Below the pieces are notes generated by a model. That model ran no database searches and was not told where the DNA came from. It worked only from the letters and a program-made list of their open reading frames with translations. From Magallana gigas (taxonomy: Eukaryota): 64,000 bases of DNA. This document shows positions 36,361-48,060 of this stretch, piece by piece (the stretch's first letter is position 1; every line of letters begins with the position of its first letter). A program made the translations under genes and the position numbers. Location of the stretch: NCBI RefSeq assembly GCF_963853765.1, contig NC_088861.1, positions 21,548,281 to 21,612,280 of the forward strand, in the 5' to 3' direction.

Positions 36361-38274
36361 TATTACTCATCAAATGACACTCAAATTTTGGTTGCCTATT
36401 AAAAATGACTTACTGAAGCATTGTAAACATCAAAATCGAAAAATTAATTTTTGACCAAAATCGTGACCATGTCCCTTTAAAATAACTCCTCAATCACGTT
36501 TCATATTTAATACAATTTAGGTCAGAGATGAGGAGTTAATATCAATTAGTAAACAAAGTCCATACGTTAAAGAAAGAAATAAACCAGATAAAATTAAAAT
36601 GAATAATATTACTTTGCTTCACTCAGTATATGACGGTAAACTAATCTACAGACATCTTTACTGCATAAATGAACCACGGGTTAGTAACTTGCGACTACCT
36701 TAAATTATCTCTAGAAGTTATAAATACTGATGATGCAATGACATACTGTGCGATGTAATTTTAAGATGTTTATTACTTTTAATCCGGATATTACAGTTAG
36801 TTAATAACCTGTTATTAGTTAATCACTCTGCAACAAATGTTAAAATTATTATAAAACTGTTTTCTACATTATTTTGAGAATTAAACAGAACACCTACATA
36901 ATGTACGGTAGTACAGGTATGTGGGTCAAAGGGTTGGGCTAATACCCCAAATACCCAGACGTACAGAGACTGATTTAATAAATATTGTCATGTACCTAAC
37001 ACAGTGAAGAAATATTTATCCATTAAAGGTATAAATATATTAATACACATGTAGATTAAATTTTGCAAATAAGATAAGTTTTATTCTTAATTTTAAAAAA
37101 ATCTATTTTTTTCTTTGCCTGTTTTTGACTATACAATTACACGTATCAATGACACAAAGACCTTTGGAAATAATAAATCTTCATTAACGTATCGTACACT
37201 GTGAATACTAGTATACTTCTTCCTCTTATTATCACACATATGTTCCAAGTTTTTAAAAATAAAATATTTTTTAAAAGTAATATTTTTTCTACCTACTTAC
37301 CCTAATATTTTTGGTCAGGGGGCAGGAAACAGGAATTTTGTATTGGCATAACGTAGAGATCGTACTGAATTACCAATGGAATGAATATTATTTTATAGTG
37401 CATCAATTTTGCTCATTTTGCTCAGGTAAACAATCACTGTCTGGTTTTTGATTTGATAAAATAATCCCAAACACAGGCGATATTTACCCTCACATTAAAA
37501 GGCATAATTAACGAAAATGAAACGAAAATCAAAACAACATAAAACCACCGTTACCAGTGGAACTGTCAACGCATTGAAATATTTAACCACAATTTACTTT
37601 ACAAAATTGGCATATGTTATTTTGCATGTTTCAAATATTCCCTTCGCACGTAAACTGTTGCACAACAAGCAAATTCATCTTTGTCAGTTTGACCCATTTA
37701 TCATGTGTCAAGCATGGCTTCATCAAACAAAAAACCTGGTTTTCGATATACGAAGTACCGAGCCCGAAATTTTAAACCTCCATTCTTAATATTATTTTCG
37801 TAAATTACCCAAAGAAGATGGGTGGATAAGGCGTGTAAAATACCCATACACGGTCGGACAGGCCATTGAAAAATTAAAGTATCAATAAATCTGATGGCTT
37901 CTTTAGAAATCATTAAAAACAATATATATTTAACGAATCATTGATTTTAACCTGTAGGTATGTTCAATACTTGGAATATGTTGACTCAAACAGGCGTATA
38001 CGTATCAAAACCTGCAAATATTGCCATTTTTTTTAGAACTTCAAGGCATTTTCTTTTATAGAGTGGGTCTGTGCTCCATATTTTTCTCATAGTCTAAATA
38101 AGGTCTATTGGAAAACAAACCGATTTCAATCAACAAAAACGTGGAGAGATGACCCACTATACATTAAAAATATCATTTTGTATCCCAACAACTGAACGTT
38201 TTGAAAAAATAATACAAGTCCGGTAGTTCGTGACCTTAGTCACACATAATATTTAAAAAGCCCACTTTGTTGTG

Positions 38275-38365
38275 TCTGAAATGGCTCAGTGGTTAGAGTA
38301 CCTGGCACAAGCTAACCTTATATATCTAGGGTTTTTATGTTATGGGTTCGATACCACCAGAATAT
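38275..38365 (+). other. tRNA-like sequence (A box plus B box), probably a tRNA-derived SINE head or tRNA pseudogene
   Basis: ggctcagtggttagagtacctggc is D-arm/A-box like. gggttcgataccacc is T-arm/B-box like (GGTTCGAnnCC). An over-long variable region argues against a functional tRNA. Confidence 0.4.
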
Positions 38366-38539
38366 CCGACAATATTTTTTTTCTTATTTTTGTTAAATAT
38401 ATTAAAAACTGACTATATAGTTAGAAATTTTACTTTTGCAAAGTTGTATTATAATATATTTGAATGAGTTTAATTGGGAAAAAATAAATTTAAAATTGTA
38501 TTTCACTACTAAACCGAATGGGCATTTGCGCCATCTTAT

Positions 38540-39205
38540 TCCCCCATCTTCTTTGAAACAGTGCAAAATCCGTGACCAAGAAAGAGCCAATAACTTCCGA
38601 TATTCTACAGCAAATTGTGAAACGTAACGGGACGGGAAGTAGCATTTTACCGGACATTCGAATTTCATGTATGTGTTTATTAAGTTATGCAGCTTTTTGC
38701 GTTTTTCGGACTGGTCAACTTAAAACACTCTGACATCGTATTTTATGAGGATCATCTTTTTTTGTTCATTTCTAAGAGCAAAACGGACAAATACAAGACT
38801 GGAAGTAATGTTTTTGTTTCTAGGACAGATAAAGTAGCATGTCCGTATATGTTAAAATTATATTTGAAAATTGCTGATATTTCTTCAGATTCTGATTGTT
38901 TTATTTTCAGGGCAGTTACTTATTGTAAGAAATCTGTTGAATATAAATTAAGAGATTCTGGACCATTGTTGTTTAGTAGAGCTAGAGTATTATTGCTTGA
39001 AGCATTAGAAAATGTTGGTGTAGATAAGTCCAAATTCGGGCTTCATAGTCTTAGGTCTGGGGGCGCTACCGCGGCTGCCAATTCTGGTGTGAGTGACAGA
39101 CTGTTCAGGAAGCATGGCAGGTGGCGTTCCGACAATGCTAAAGATGGTTATGTGCATGAAATTGTGAAGTCATTAATGTCTGTGTCCAAGTCTTTGAATA
39201 TTTGA
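38540..39205 (+). pseudogene. Tyrosine recombinase fragment (phage-integrase fold; Crypton/DIRS-like), with a frameshift
   Basis: ORF 38687..39205 contains HSLRSGGATAAANSGVSDRLFRKHGRWRSDNAKDGYVHE, giving the H-x-x-R, HGRW and terminal Y catalytic signature. The upstream segment ...PITSDILQQIVKRNGTGSSILPDIRISCMCLLSYAAFCVFRTG is in another frame. There is no RT nearby. Confidence 0.6.
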
Positions 39206-39854
39206 TTATCTATATAAAGTAAAAACAAATATAGTTCATAATTTTTCTTTTTCCCCTTTCTTTAATTTGTTACATTCGAAATGCGCTAGTCTTTGTGTTG
39301 TTATGATTGAATAAGGTAGTAAATATTTTATGTTCGTTTGAGATTGTTCGAATTGGAACATAATGAATATCATGGTATTTTTGAAGTATTTGCACCTGGA
39401 TTTCAGTCTGTTTTGTTTCGTCGTTTATTGGATATATCTTGCCAGTGCAGTGGTTGTCATGTTATTTTTGTAAAAAACTCGTGTCTACACGTCTTATCGT
39501 CCAAGGTAACGTGTTCGGATGTATGAAATTTCTGAATGAGTTAAAGCATGATAACGCTCTCTGCCTTATATAGGGGGTGTGTAGCGATGAGCAGGACAAA
39601 AGAAATCGACAACTAATATGGCGGTATACGGAGATAAAAGGGACATTATGTGCATTTATTACGGGATTCTCTCTCCCGTACAGGACTACATGTAGTACTG
39701 GGTCAACCTTGTGTTTATTCTCTTGTTGTTGGACCCAGCCTCACGAAACCTCCAACAAGCCAACACGCATTTTAGTTTTCAGACTTTTATATAGACTTTA
39801 CATGAAATATACATTTACGTGAGTTTGGTATGCATCAGTACCGAAGGTTGATTC

Positions 39855-40941
39855 TGTTACAGTCTTTGTTTGAAATAACTGACAACAAAGATATCTGTAT
39901 GGTTCGTTTTATTTGTATCCGGACACAGTGACTTTAAAATTTGCAATGTATATTTAAGCCCTGAAATATCATAAAACAATAATATAATTTATATCAAAAT
40001 ATAACATTAGTACAATTTATATGTATTTCCATCAAGATAATATTTTTACATTATCTTACTATAATTGTACTTAAACATTTAGCGGGAGGTAACTCTTATA
40101 ATATACATGAATTACATTTCTCCAAAATAAGTCATAAAATATATATTAATCAGATAAAAAAATATTTAAAAACACTTTCTCACCATTCTATGGGAACAGG
40201 CTCATACACCGATTGCGTGGTGAGATTAAATTGACATTGACTGATTCTGTAATATGAACAGAATAATTCTAAAAATATTTATTACTGAAGTATAATCTAA
40301 TTGATCTTATAAATGACCAATTTAATCAAATATCTGATCATCATAAAATTCTTATATACAATTGATTTGAGAATCAATTAATACTATAATAAATAAACCA
40401 AATATTGATCTTTACACTGTATTCCATATAAAAAAATATCTTTTCATTCCAATTCATTCATACTCATTAGTTTGTGATCATGGACGGAATTAATGTTTTC
40501 TGCAATTTATAGGATAATCAATTTATTAGTAGTAAGTGTTATAGGATATTAGTATACTTAGTATAACTTACCAGAAAAAGAGCAAGGTCTGGTCCAAAAT
40601 AAATTTACTTCTCAATATAAATATAGTCTGTTCTAGTCAATGTCCAGACAAAGATTGTCAAACTTGGCGGTAAAACACATAAAGCAAAATATACAAACCA
40701 ACCAAATTCAACCTGACACAAACAACCAATAAAAACCAAGATCACAAATATCCACTGACCAACTCATGATCAAGTACTGCCCTAAGGGTATATATTGTAC
40801 ATGTGTATGAATTAAAAGAAAGGGTGGATCTAACTTTTTTATATGTGTAATGTTTAGATGTATCAATTACAATAACTTTATTTATTTATATTACAATAAC
40901 TTTATTTATTTATTCAAATCAACAATTTTCATACTCTTACA
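39855..40941 (-). repeat. 3' LTR of the gypsy element
   Basis: Direct repeat of 48061..49147. Ends with ...CA and is followed on the element strand by the purine tract GGGGGGAGAG. Confidence 0.9.
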
Positions 40942-40951
40942 CTCTCCCCCC
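40942..40951 (-). other. Polypurine tract GGGGGGAGAG immediately upstream of the 3' LTR
   Basis: Plus strand ctctcccccc abuts the LTR start on the element strand. Confidence 0.5.
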
Positions 40952-41049
40952 GGTCGCAGAATGACTTCCACGTCATTCAACTCGGAAGCTGCATATATCT
41001 GAAGAGTAACATGGCATAAAATACATATATTTACAATTTAAAAAAAATA

Positions 41050-44000
41050 TCATGTATTAGAACATGTAGAAGCAGACACAATGTTAAGTAAAGCCATCTG
41101 GCATCTACTTCGGTCAATGTCTCGTAATGAACCATCATTCATCAACCCTTTCACAAATACTGCTCTTTGTAGCCAATCTGGTTGTGTCTGGTTCATCATG
41201 ACAAACTCCTTTGTCCATGCTGGCATTTTTCTTTGTCTGGTAGATCTTCTTGGGGCTGGAGTAGGTATATCGACATTTTCTCTGGAAGGCATTTCATCTT
41301 CAGAATCATCAGATTCATTGATGTCATCATCAGTGCTATCAACATCATGGATGATATTCTCATCATCATCATCATTGTTGACATCATCCTCTGGTTCATC
41401 ATCATTGATGATCTCTTCAGGTTGGTTCTCAGGCTCTCTATCCTGATGGGAAGCGTCCTCCCCTGAACCAGCTGCTGAAGCTTCCTCAGTTGTAGATTGA
41501 TCGTCATCATCTAAACTGGGAGTAACTTGGGAATTTTCATTTCTAAATGCAGAGTTATCTACATAAGAAAATTCACTGTCACTATCTGAATCATTCTCAG
41601 TAATAATGCTTACTGGTTCTGCCTTCCTTCTCTTTCTAGGAGTAACTGGAGGAGGAGAAGTACTTCTTGGAAGCTTTGTTCCGATAGGTAGAAGCACATT
41701 TCTATGAAGAACTCTAGTTCTTCCTTCTCCATCCTCACGTCTGACTTTATAAACCGGAATGTCATCATTTGCTTTCGCTAAAATGACATAAATATCATCT
41801 TCCCATTTATCAGCAATTTTATGTTTGCCGTCGTATGCCACTTTCTTGACGAGAACTCTGTCACCTTCCTCTAAAGTGATGGCTCTTGCTTTTATGTCAT
41901 AACGGCATTTCTGGTTCTGCTGAGAAGATTTTATTGCTGTTTGTGCCTGTCTGTAAGCATCTTGCAGTCTTTGCTTCAGCTCGGATATGTACTTAGTTGT
42001 ACACTTATCCTCAGAATGGCTGCTGGAAAATCCAAAGACCACATCTACTGGCAAAACTGGTTCTCTTCCAAACATTAGATAGAATGGTGTGAACCCAGTT
42101 GTATCGTGTCTAGTAGAGTTATATGCGTGAACCAGTGTGTTTATATGCTTTTTCCAATTAGCTTTCTGAGCGTTATCTAATGTTCCTAGCATTGATAATA
42201 ATGTCCTATTGAATCGCTCTGTAATACCATTACCCATAGGGTGATATGGCGTTGTCCTGGATTTAGAGATGCCAAATATGGAGCATAATTCCTTAATGAT
42301 GTTGCTGCAGAAATTTGTCCCTTGGTCCGAATGAAGTTTAGCTGGAATCCCGTAATGAACAATAAAATGGTTATAAATAGCTTCTGCTGTTGTTTTGGCT
42401 GTTTGGTTCTTGGTTGGCACGGCAATTGAATATCGTGTGAAATGATCGGTTATGACTAAAATGTTTTGTATTCCTCCTTTCGATGGTTCAAGAGTGAGAT
42501 AGTCCATGCATACAAGCTCTAGTGGCTCTGATGTTCTGATGTTGACCAATTCTGCTCTCTCATTGCTGGTCTTGCTCTTAATGCATCTTTCACAGGAGTT
42601 GATCCAATCAGAAACATCACGCTGCATCTTTGGCCAGTAAAATCTTTGCCTAATTAAGGAGAGAGTCTTATCTCGCCCTAAATGACCCATCTTGTTATGT
42701 AAGTATTCCAAAACAGTGGGATACACTGATGCAGGAATTACATATTGCTGATGAGTATTGTCATCTACTTTGACTTCTCTGAGTAAAATACCATCTTTTA
42801 CTCTAAGTTTGGCAAAGTTCCTGTGGTAAACAAAATCATCTTCAGTAATAAGTGTCTCTCGTTTGGGTCTAATACATTCCTGTACCTTGTTTTTCCAAAA
42901 ACTAACAGTAGGATCTGTGTTTTGGATTTCCATGATATCCAAATACTTTCCAATATCTGTACAAGGTTGTACTTGGTTGCAAATAGCATCATCTATAGCA
43001 AGAGATTCTGCATATGGCTGTCCAGTTGCAAGCTGGCAAATTGCCTTAATGGTGTCACTAGATACTGTTTCCACTTCCTTTAATCTGGATAGTCTATCTG
43101 CATCTATATTTGTTTTCCCTGGTTTGTAGATGATCTTGAAATTAAATGAAGCTAATGCTGAAATCCATCGATGTCCAGTTGCATCCAATTTTGCTGAAGT
43201 TAAAACATAGGTAAGGGGATTATTGTCGGTGTATACTACAAATTCTTTGCCTTGAAGGTAATCTGAAAATTTTTCTGTGACTGCCCATTTAAGTGCCAAA
43301 AATTCCAGTTTGTGAGTAGGATAATTCTTTTCAGATTTACTCAATCCTCGACTAGCATATGCTATAACTCTATCCATTCCATCCTGCTCCTGATATAGCA
43401 CTGCGCCTAGTCCTGTCTGACATGCATCGGTATGGAGCTTAAAAGGTTTGTCGAAGTCTGGGTAACCTAGGACGGGTGGTGATGTAAGTTTCTGCTTAAT
43501 GAGGTCAAATGATGTTTGCTGTTCCTTCTCCCACCTCCACTTTGGATCCACTTTCTTACTTCTTGATTTTTTTCCTGTGGCCATGATATCTAATAAAGGT
43601 CTAGCAATTTTAGAGAAATCATGAATAAATTTTCTATAGTATCCTGCAAACCCTAAAAATTGTCTTACCTCTTCAGGATTCTGTGGAATAGGCCAGTTTT
43701 TAACTTTAGCAAGTTTATCAGGGTCTGGCTCAACCCCATGCTCGGACACAATGTGTCCTACATATTTAACCTTCTTCATAAGTAAGGAACACTTTTTGGG
43801 AGAAAGTTTAAGCCCATAATCTCTAATTCTCTGGAAAACTTGCTGAAGGCGATTAAGATGTTCCCTGAAAGATTTAGAAAATATGATTAAATCATCTAAA
43901 TATACAAAACAAATTTTTAGATGAAGGTCGCCTAAACATTGCTCTTGAAGACGCTGATAGGTTGCAGGGGCGTTTGCAAGGCCAAAACTCATGCGGTTAA

Positions 44001-45456
44001 ATTCATAAAACCCAAGTGGACCAACAGTGAAGGCAGTTCTCTCCTTATGCTCCTCTGCAATTTCTATCTGATGATAGCCGGACTTCATGTCTAATACACT
44101 GAAGTAGGTGTTACCTGAAAGAGAATCTAAAATCTCTTCTATTCTAGGCAGAGCATAATTATCTTTGATAGTCCTAGAATTAAGATACCTATAGTCTATA
44201 CATAGCCGCAAGGATCCATCATGCTTTCTAACTAAAACTACGTTAGATGAAAACGGAGAATGAGATGGTCTGATAATGCCTGCAGCTAGTAAATCCTTGA
44301 TGTGAGTACGGACTTCCTCAACCAATGCTGGTGGTACTCTCCTGTACTTCTGCTTAAAAGGTATCTCATCAAGGAGTTCAATTCTGTGCTTCACTTTGTC
44401 CGTTGTACCTATGTCTGTTGCTCCTGTTGAGAATATATCCCTGTAAGAATTCAACAAATTCAAACAGTCCTGTTTTTCATCTTCTCCAATATCATCTGGG
44501 AGTTGAATTTTGGATATAATATCCTCAATTTGCTCTGAGCTTGACAAAGAGGATTTCTCAACTGTTGTGTCCTCAATAGCAACAGGCTGTATTTCGCAAA
44601 TCACTCCTTTTGGGGATATTGAAATAGTCCTGGTTGTTATGTTGTTGATGGTAACAGGCATTGTTTGACACTCTTCATACACATACTGATGCAGTGTAGC
44701 TTCTATGTCTACATCAGATGGAATGCAGGATTTTTCAGATTGCTGCATCATGACAGTTACTTGATGATAAGGAATCTTCTTATCCAAGTATCCAAGAATG
44801 GTCACATGACTGTTCGGAGGGATGATAACTCTATCTGTCTCAGCACTCTTTACTAATCCTAATACATAACCATGTCTGTGTAACTCCCTCTCTCTCAATG
44901 CAATGCATCTGAATGCTAAATACCATGGTGTGTAAATGGCTGCATCCTGCAGAAATCTTGAGCCAAACTCCTGTTTTGTCACATCCATTAGGTTCTGTAA
45001 GATGTTTGTTCCTATAAGCACTGGTACATGTGCATTATAATTGCTCTTGGGAACAACTAAAAACAGACAATCATTTAGTTTGTTCAAAGATGGAATACCA
45101 AATGGTGTTAAATCAACACATACATAGCCAAGATAGGGCATCAGTTGACCATCCGCACACTCTATATTGATAACGTCATCCAGTGAATGAAGCTCTACAT
45201 CTGAAAGGTACTGATTATAAAATGCTTCGCTTAGAGTGGATACTGTTGCTCCTGTATCTAGAAGAGCTGTACATTGTACATCATTGATGGCCACTGATAT
45301 TTCATTTGGTTTTCCAATTAGTTGTTTTTCTCTGGGACCCTTGATTCTCTCACCAACCCCTTGTCCCCAGGTGCTGACGTGTTGTAGTTTAAAGCCTGGC
45401 GCCTGTGGTTGACTAAAACTCTGCATCCCACAGCGATATGGCCTACCTGTCCACAT
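41050..45456 (-). CDS. Retrotransposon pol polyprotein (protease, RT, RNase H, integrase)
   Basis: 1468-aa ORF carries ALLDTGATVS (aspartic protease), YFSVLDMKSGYHQI and FVYLDDLIIFS (RT YXDD), DACQTGLGAVLYQ (RNase H), and HX3H...CX2C zinc finger plus the D,D,E core of an integrase. The order PR-RT-RH-IN is gypsy-like. An acidic D/E-rich C-terminal extension follows. Confidence 0.9.
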   Translation of the reverse strand: MWTGRPYRCGMQSFSQPQAPGFKLQHVSTWGQGVGERIKGPREKQLIGKPNEISVAINDVQCTALLDTGATVSTLSEAFYNQYLSDVELHSLDDVINIECADGQLMPYLGYVCVDLTPFGIPSLNKLNDCLFLVVPKSNYNAHVPVLIGTNILQNLMDVTKQEFGSRFLQDAAIYTPWYLAFRCIALRERELHRHGYVLGLVKSAETDRVIIPPNSHVTILGYLDKKIPYHQVTVMMQQSEKSCIPSDVDIEATLHQYVYEECQTMPVTINNITTRTISISPKGVICEIQPVAIEDTTVEKSSLSSSEQIEDIISKIQLPDDIGEDEKQDCLNLLNSYRDIFSTGATDIGTTDKVKHRIELLDEIPFKQKYRRVPPALVEEVRTHIKDLLAAGIIRPSHSPFSSNVVLVRKHDGSLRLCIDYRYLNSRTIKDNYALPRIEEILDSLSGNTYFSVLDMKSGYHQIEIAEEHKERTAFTVGPLGFYEFNRMSFGLANAPATYQRLQEQCLGDLHLKICFVYLDDLIIFSKSFREHLNRLQQVFQRIRDYGLKLSPKKCSLLMKKVKYVGHIVSEHGVEPDPDKLAKVKNWPIPQNPEEVRQFLGFAGYYRKFIHDFSKIARPLLDIMATGKKSRSKKVDPKWRWEKEQQTSFDLIKQKLTSPPVLGYPDFDKPFKLHTDACQTGLGAVLYQEQDGMDRVIAYASRGLSKSEKNYPTHKLEFLALKWAVTEKFSDYLQGKEFVVYTDNNPLTYVLTSAKLDATGHRWISALASFNFKIIYKPGKTNIDADRLSRLKEVETVSSDTIKAICQLATGQPYAESLAIDDAICNQVQPCTDIGKYLDIMEIQNTDPTVSFWKNKVQECIRPKRETLITEDDFVYHRNFAKLRVKDGILLREVKVDDNTHQQYVIPASVYPTVLEYLHNKMGHLGRDKTLSLIRQRFYWPKMQRDVSDWINSCERCIKSKTSNERAELVNIRTSEPLELVCMDYLTLEPSKGGIQNILVITDHFTRYSIAVPTKNQTAKTTAEAIYNHFIVHYGIPAKLHSDQGTNFCSNIIKELCSIFGISKSRTTPYHPMGNGITERFNRTLLSMLGTLDNAQKANWKKHINTLVHAYNSTRHDTTGFTPFYLMFGREPVLPVDVVFGFSSSHSEDKCTTKYISELKQRLQDAYRQAQTAIKSSQQNQKCRYDIKARAITLEEGDRVLVKKVAYDGKHKIADKWEDDIYVILAKANDDIPVYKVRREDGEGRTRVLHRNVLLPIGTKLPRSTSPPPVTPRKRRKAEPVSIITENDSDSDSEFSYVDNSAFRNENSQVTPSLDDDDQSTTEEASAAGSGEDASHQDREPENQPEEIINDDEPEDDVNNDDDDENIIHDVDSTDDDINESDDSEDEMPSRENVDIPTPAPRRSTRQRKMPAWTKEFVMMNQTQPDWLQRAVFVKGLMNDGSLRDIDRSRCQMALLNIVSASTCSNT

Positions 45457-46607
45457 CTATAACAAGTAGGGGGTTCTCTTACCCTGGAACTCTGAGGTTC
45501 CTTAGCAACATCTGTACTTTGGGGCTGAGGAAATCTGGGATATTGCCTATATCCTCCTCTGTATCCTCTTTCCTGTCTGCCTCTCTGATATGGTTGTCTT
45601 GGTGCCCTATAAGGCTGGGGCATAGGAGTATAAGAATACTCTTTTTCCTTCATACTTCTGACCTCAGTGGTTAACTGATTAATCTTAGCTTCTAAGCTAT
45701 CGAATCTGTCAGCTGACTGGTCTTTCACTGTTGCAGCTTTTGCTGTAGCTGATTTCTTTTCTGTAGTTTGTGGATGATGTTCAATCTCCAGTTTTCTCAC
45801 AGATGTTCTCAATTCATCGAATGATTTGCATTTATCATATAGATGTCCACATATATCTTTAAGTGAAGGTCGCAGTCCCTTAAAGAACATGGTTCTTAGC
45901 ATCTCCTCGAACTGACTACGGTCAATGAGGTTTTTCTGTATAGCCTTATTCAGAATATCCTCCAATCTACAACTCCATCTCGCACATTCCTCATCCTCTC
46001 TCTGTCTAGCACTGTAAAACTCTGACAGAATGTCCTCTTTTTCAGCCACTGTGCCATAAATACTGTCTAGCTTCTGTATAATTGAGGATATTCGTGCTCC
46101 TGGTCCAAGATGCATTACCACTCGACTTGCTTCTCCTTTAAGTGAGCGTCGTATAGCATGATGAATGACATCTGGACTATAAGACTCATTATAGAGACAT
46201 TCCACCTCATATCTCCAAACTTCATATGTGGCATCATTCTTAGAATCTCCGGAGAAAAATGGAATTTTAGGGAACTGACTAGGAGGTAGAGATTTGGCAG
46301 GTTGTGAAGAAGCAGAGGCAGTATCAGTACTTACAACCTCTTCCTTGATCTTCTTCTCCTGAACAGCAGATGACATCCATGATAAAAAATCTTCAGCTGA
46401 ATCAGCTTTTGGTTTCATCTTTAGCTGCTTGAGTGCAGATACCACTTTGGCTATCTCCTCTGTTGACATTGATTCCTCAGTGTCTGACATGGTGTTAAAT
46501 TGTATGATTGTAGCTAACACAAGTAATATTGAATATATCAAAGAAAATTCACACAAATTCATGCAACAACACAATGCATGTAACCAAGTAGATGTTGGTA
46601 TAAGCAA
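45318..46607 (-). CDS. Retrotransposon gag with C-terminal CCHC zinc knuckle
   Basis: 429-aa ORF contains CYRCGQVGHIAVGC (CX2CX4HX4C) near its C-terminus. It overlaps pol by 139 nt in a different frame, which suggests a programmed frameshift. Confidence 0.85.
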   Translation of the reverse strand: MLIPTSTWLHALCCCMNLCEFSLIYSILLVLATIIQFNTMSDTEESMSTEEIAKVVSALKQLKMKPKADSAEDFLSWMSSAVQEKKIKEEVVSTDTASASSQPAKSLPPSQFPKIPFFSGDSKNDATYEVWRYEVECLYNESYSPDVIHHAIRRSLKGEASRVVMHLGPGARISSIIQKLDSIYGTVAEKEDILSEFYSARQREDEECARWSCRLEDILNKAIQKNLIDRSQFEEMLRTMFFKGLRPSLKDICGHLYDKCKSFDELRTSVRKLEIEHHPQTTEKKSATAKAATVKDQSADRFDSLEAKINQLTTEVRSMKEKEYSYTPMPQPYRAPRQPYQRGRQERGYRGGYRQYPRFPQPQSTDVAKEPQSSRVREPPTCYRCGQVGHIAVGCRVLVNHRRQALNYNTSAPGDKGLVRESRVPEKNN

Positions 46608-48039
46608 ATGAGTAACTAAATTTCACACAGATTATATCACTGCAAGAAATGGCAAATTCAGCAATGTGAATAGTTTTAAATCAGGAGGGTAGTTCAAAAT
46701 GAACCATAAATAATTTGGACAGTATGCAAAAGGCACAATCAATTATTGCAAGCAACAGCTGATGATGTTTCTTTAAGTAAATGAATCAAAGAAATAAATA
46801 AGTTCTACCTGAAAGAAAAAATTCAGTTCAAATATAAAGATAACAATAAACAAATGATGAAAGAATTCAATAAATCTTTTCTATATTGAAATAAACAAGA
46901 AAAAATACCGAGATTAATGGAAACAGCGAATTTCCTCGATTACACTTTGTTTACTTCCGGTGAAACGCAATTATTACGGAAATCGAGCCTGATTAGATTT
47001 TTTTAACGGCAAAAACCGAACCCGATGATTTTTGAACGGCGAAAACCGAACCCGATGATTTAGATACGAGTAGAAATAATATGAACAGTGGAGATCAAGC
47101 TTAAAACTAAATTAAAGGGGAAATTAATTAAATGTGTGTTTTAAATACTGTGTATAGCTATCAAACAACACAGAAACCACTTAGACTGATACTACTACAA
47201 CTCTGCGACAGAAAACTTGTTCAACACTGAACTCATCCTCAAAATAAACAATGATGCAAACCAACTCAATCAACCGGCAAAGTAGTCCAAATCTCACGTC
47301 AGTCTCGTCAATAAACTGTCAAGTCTTGAAAGTATACAGCAAATAGTTTTCTAATTAGCTTTTATAACGTTAATTAGTATATTTGGAAATACAAGGGAAA
47401 ACAATATGGGTTGTGCGCAAATTGTTAATGTTTTCACTTACACTGCACTGTACCCACACTTCCTTTCTTGCTATTGTTGTTCTTAATTTCAAATTCAAAT
47501 GATCAATACACAATAAAGGGCAAAAATATATCTCAACAAAAAAATGGTTTAAGGATTGTGGCCAAACGCAACCCTGTCTCAATCAATATTACACAGGTAT
47601 TTAAATCCGGATAACTTATACTAAAGTGCACTGTCAAACTAAAGAAATCACAGATTTACATGCTTTGTGGTATACCAATTCTTTCAACAGTTTAATGAAT
47701 TATGATAAATCAAGACTTGTCTACCTTGAGGTAAAGTGTGCATACATGCGCGCACACAAATTACTAATGTCAATATGGTGCACCAAAGTCTTATATCTAT
47801 ACGACTCACCAGGTGAGATACACAGTTTGTTTGCACGTGTTGTACTCTGTCAATGAGTTGAACAGCTGATCCTAGGAATAACAATAGATGCGCGGATCCC
47901 AGTCAATTTAGGAACACAGGCGCGGAACACTAGTCATGGTTCAATAGGAATACACTGGCAATGGTCGTCATGGTTCACAGTTCACTGGGTATAGGGTTGG
48001 TGAAGTCTTTCCAGCTCCAATTACATATAAAGTCACTGT

Positions 48040-48057
48040 GTCCCAACGTGGGCGCCA
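48040..48057 (-). other. Primer-binding site TGGCGCCCACGTTGGGAC
   Basis: On the minus strand the 5' LTR is followed by TT then TGGCGCCCACGTTGGGAC. This is complementary to a tRNA 3' end ...GUCCCAACGUGGGCGCCA and shares TGGCGCCC with tRNA-Lys-type binding sites. Confidence 0.6.
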
Positions 48058-48060
48058 AAA

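Noticed and set aside
38402-38668. Minus-strand 88-aa ORF overlapping the tyrosine recombinase region
   Set aside because: It is antisense to the recombinase N-terminal segment and AT-rich low complexity, so likely spurious.
41081-44856. Several 60-120-aa ORFs antisense to, or out of frame within, the gypsy pol gene
   Set aside because: They are low-complexity and fully nested in a 1468-aa ORF with clear RT and integrase motifs, so they are spurious.
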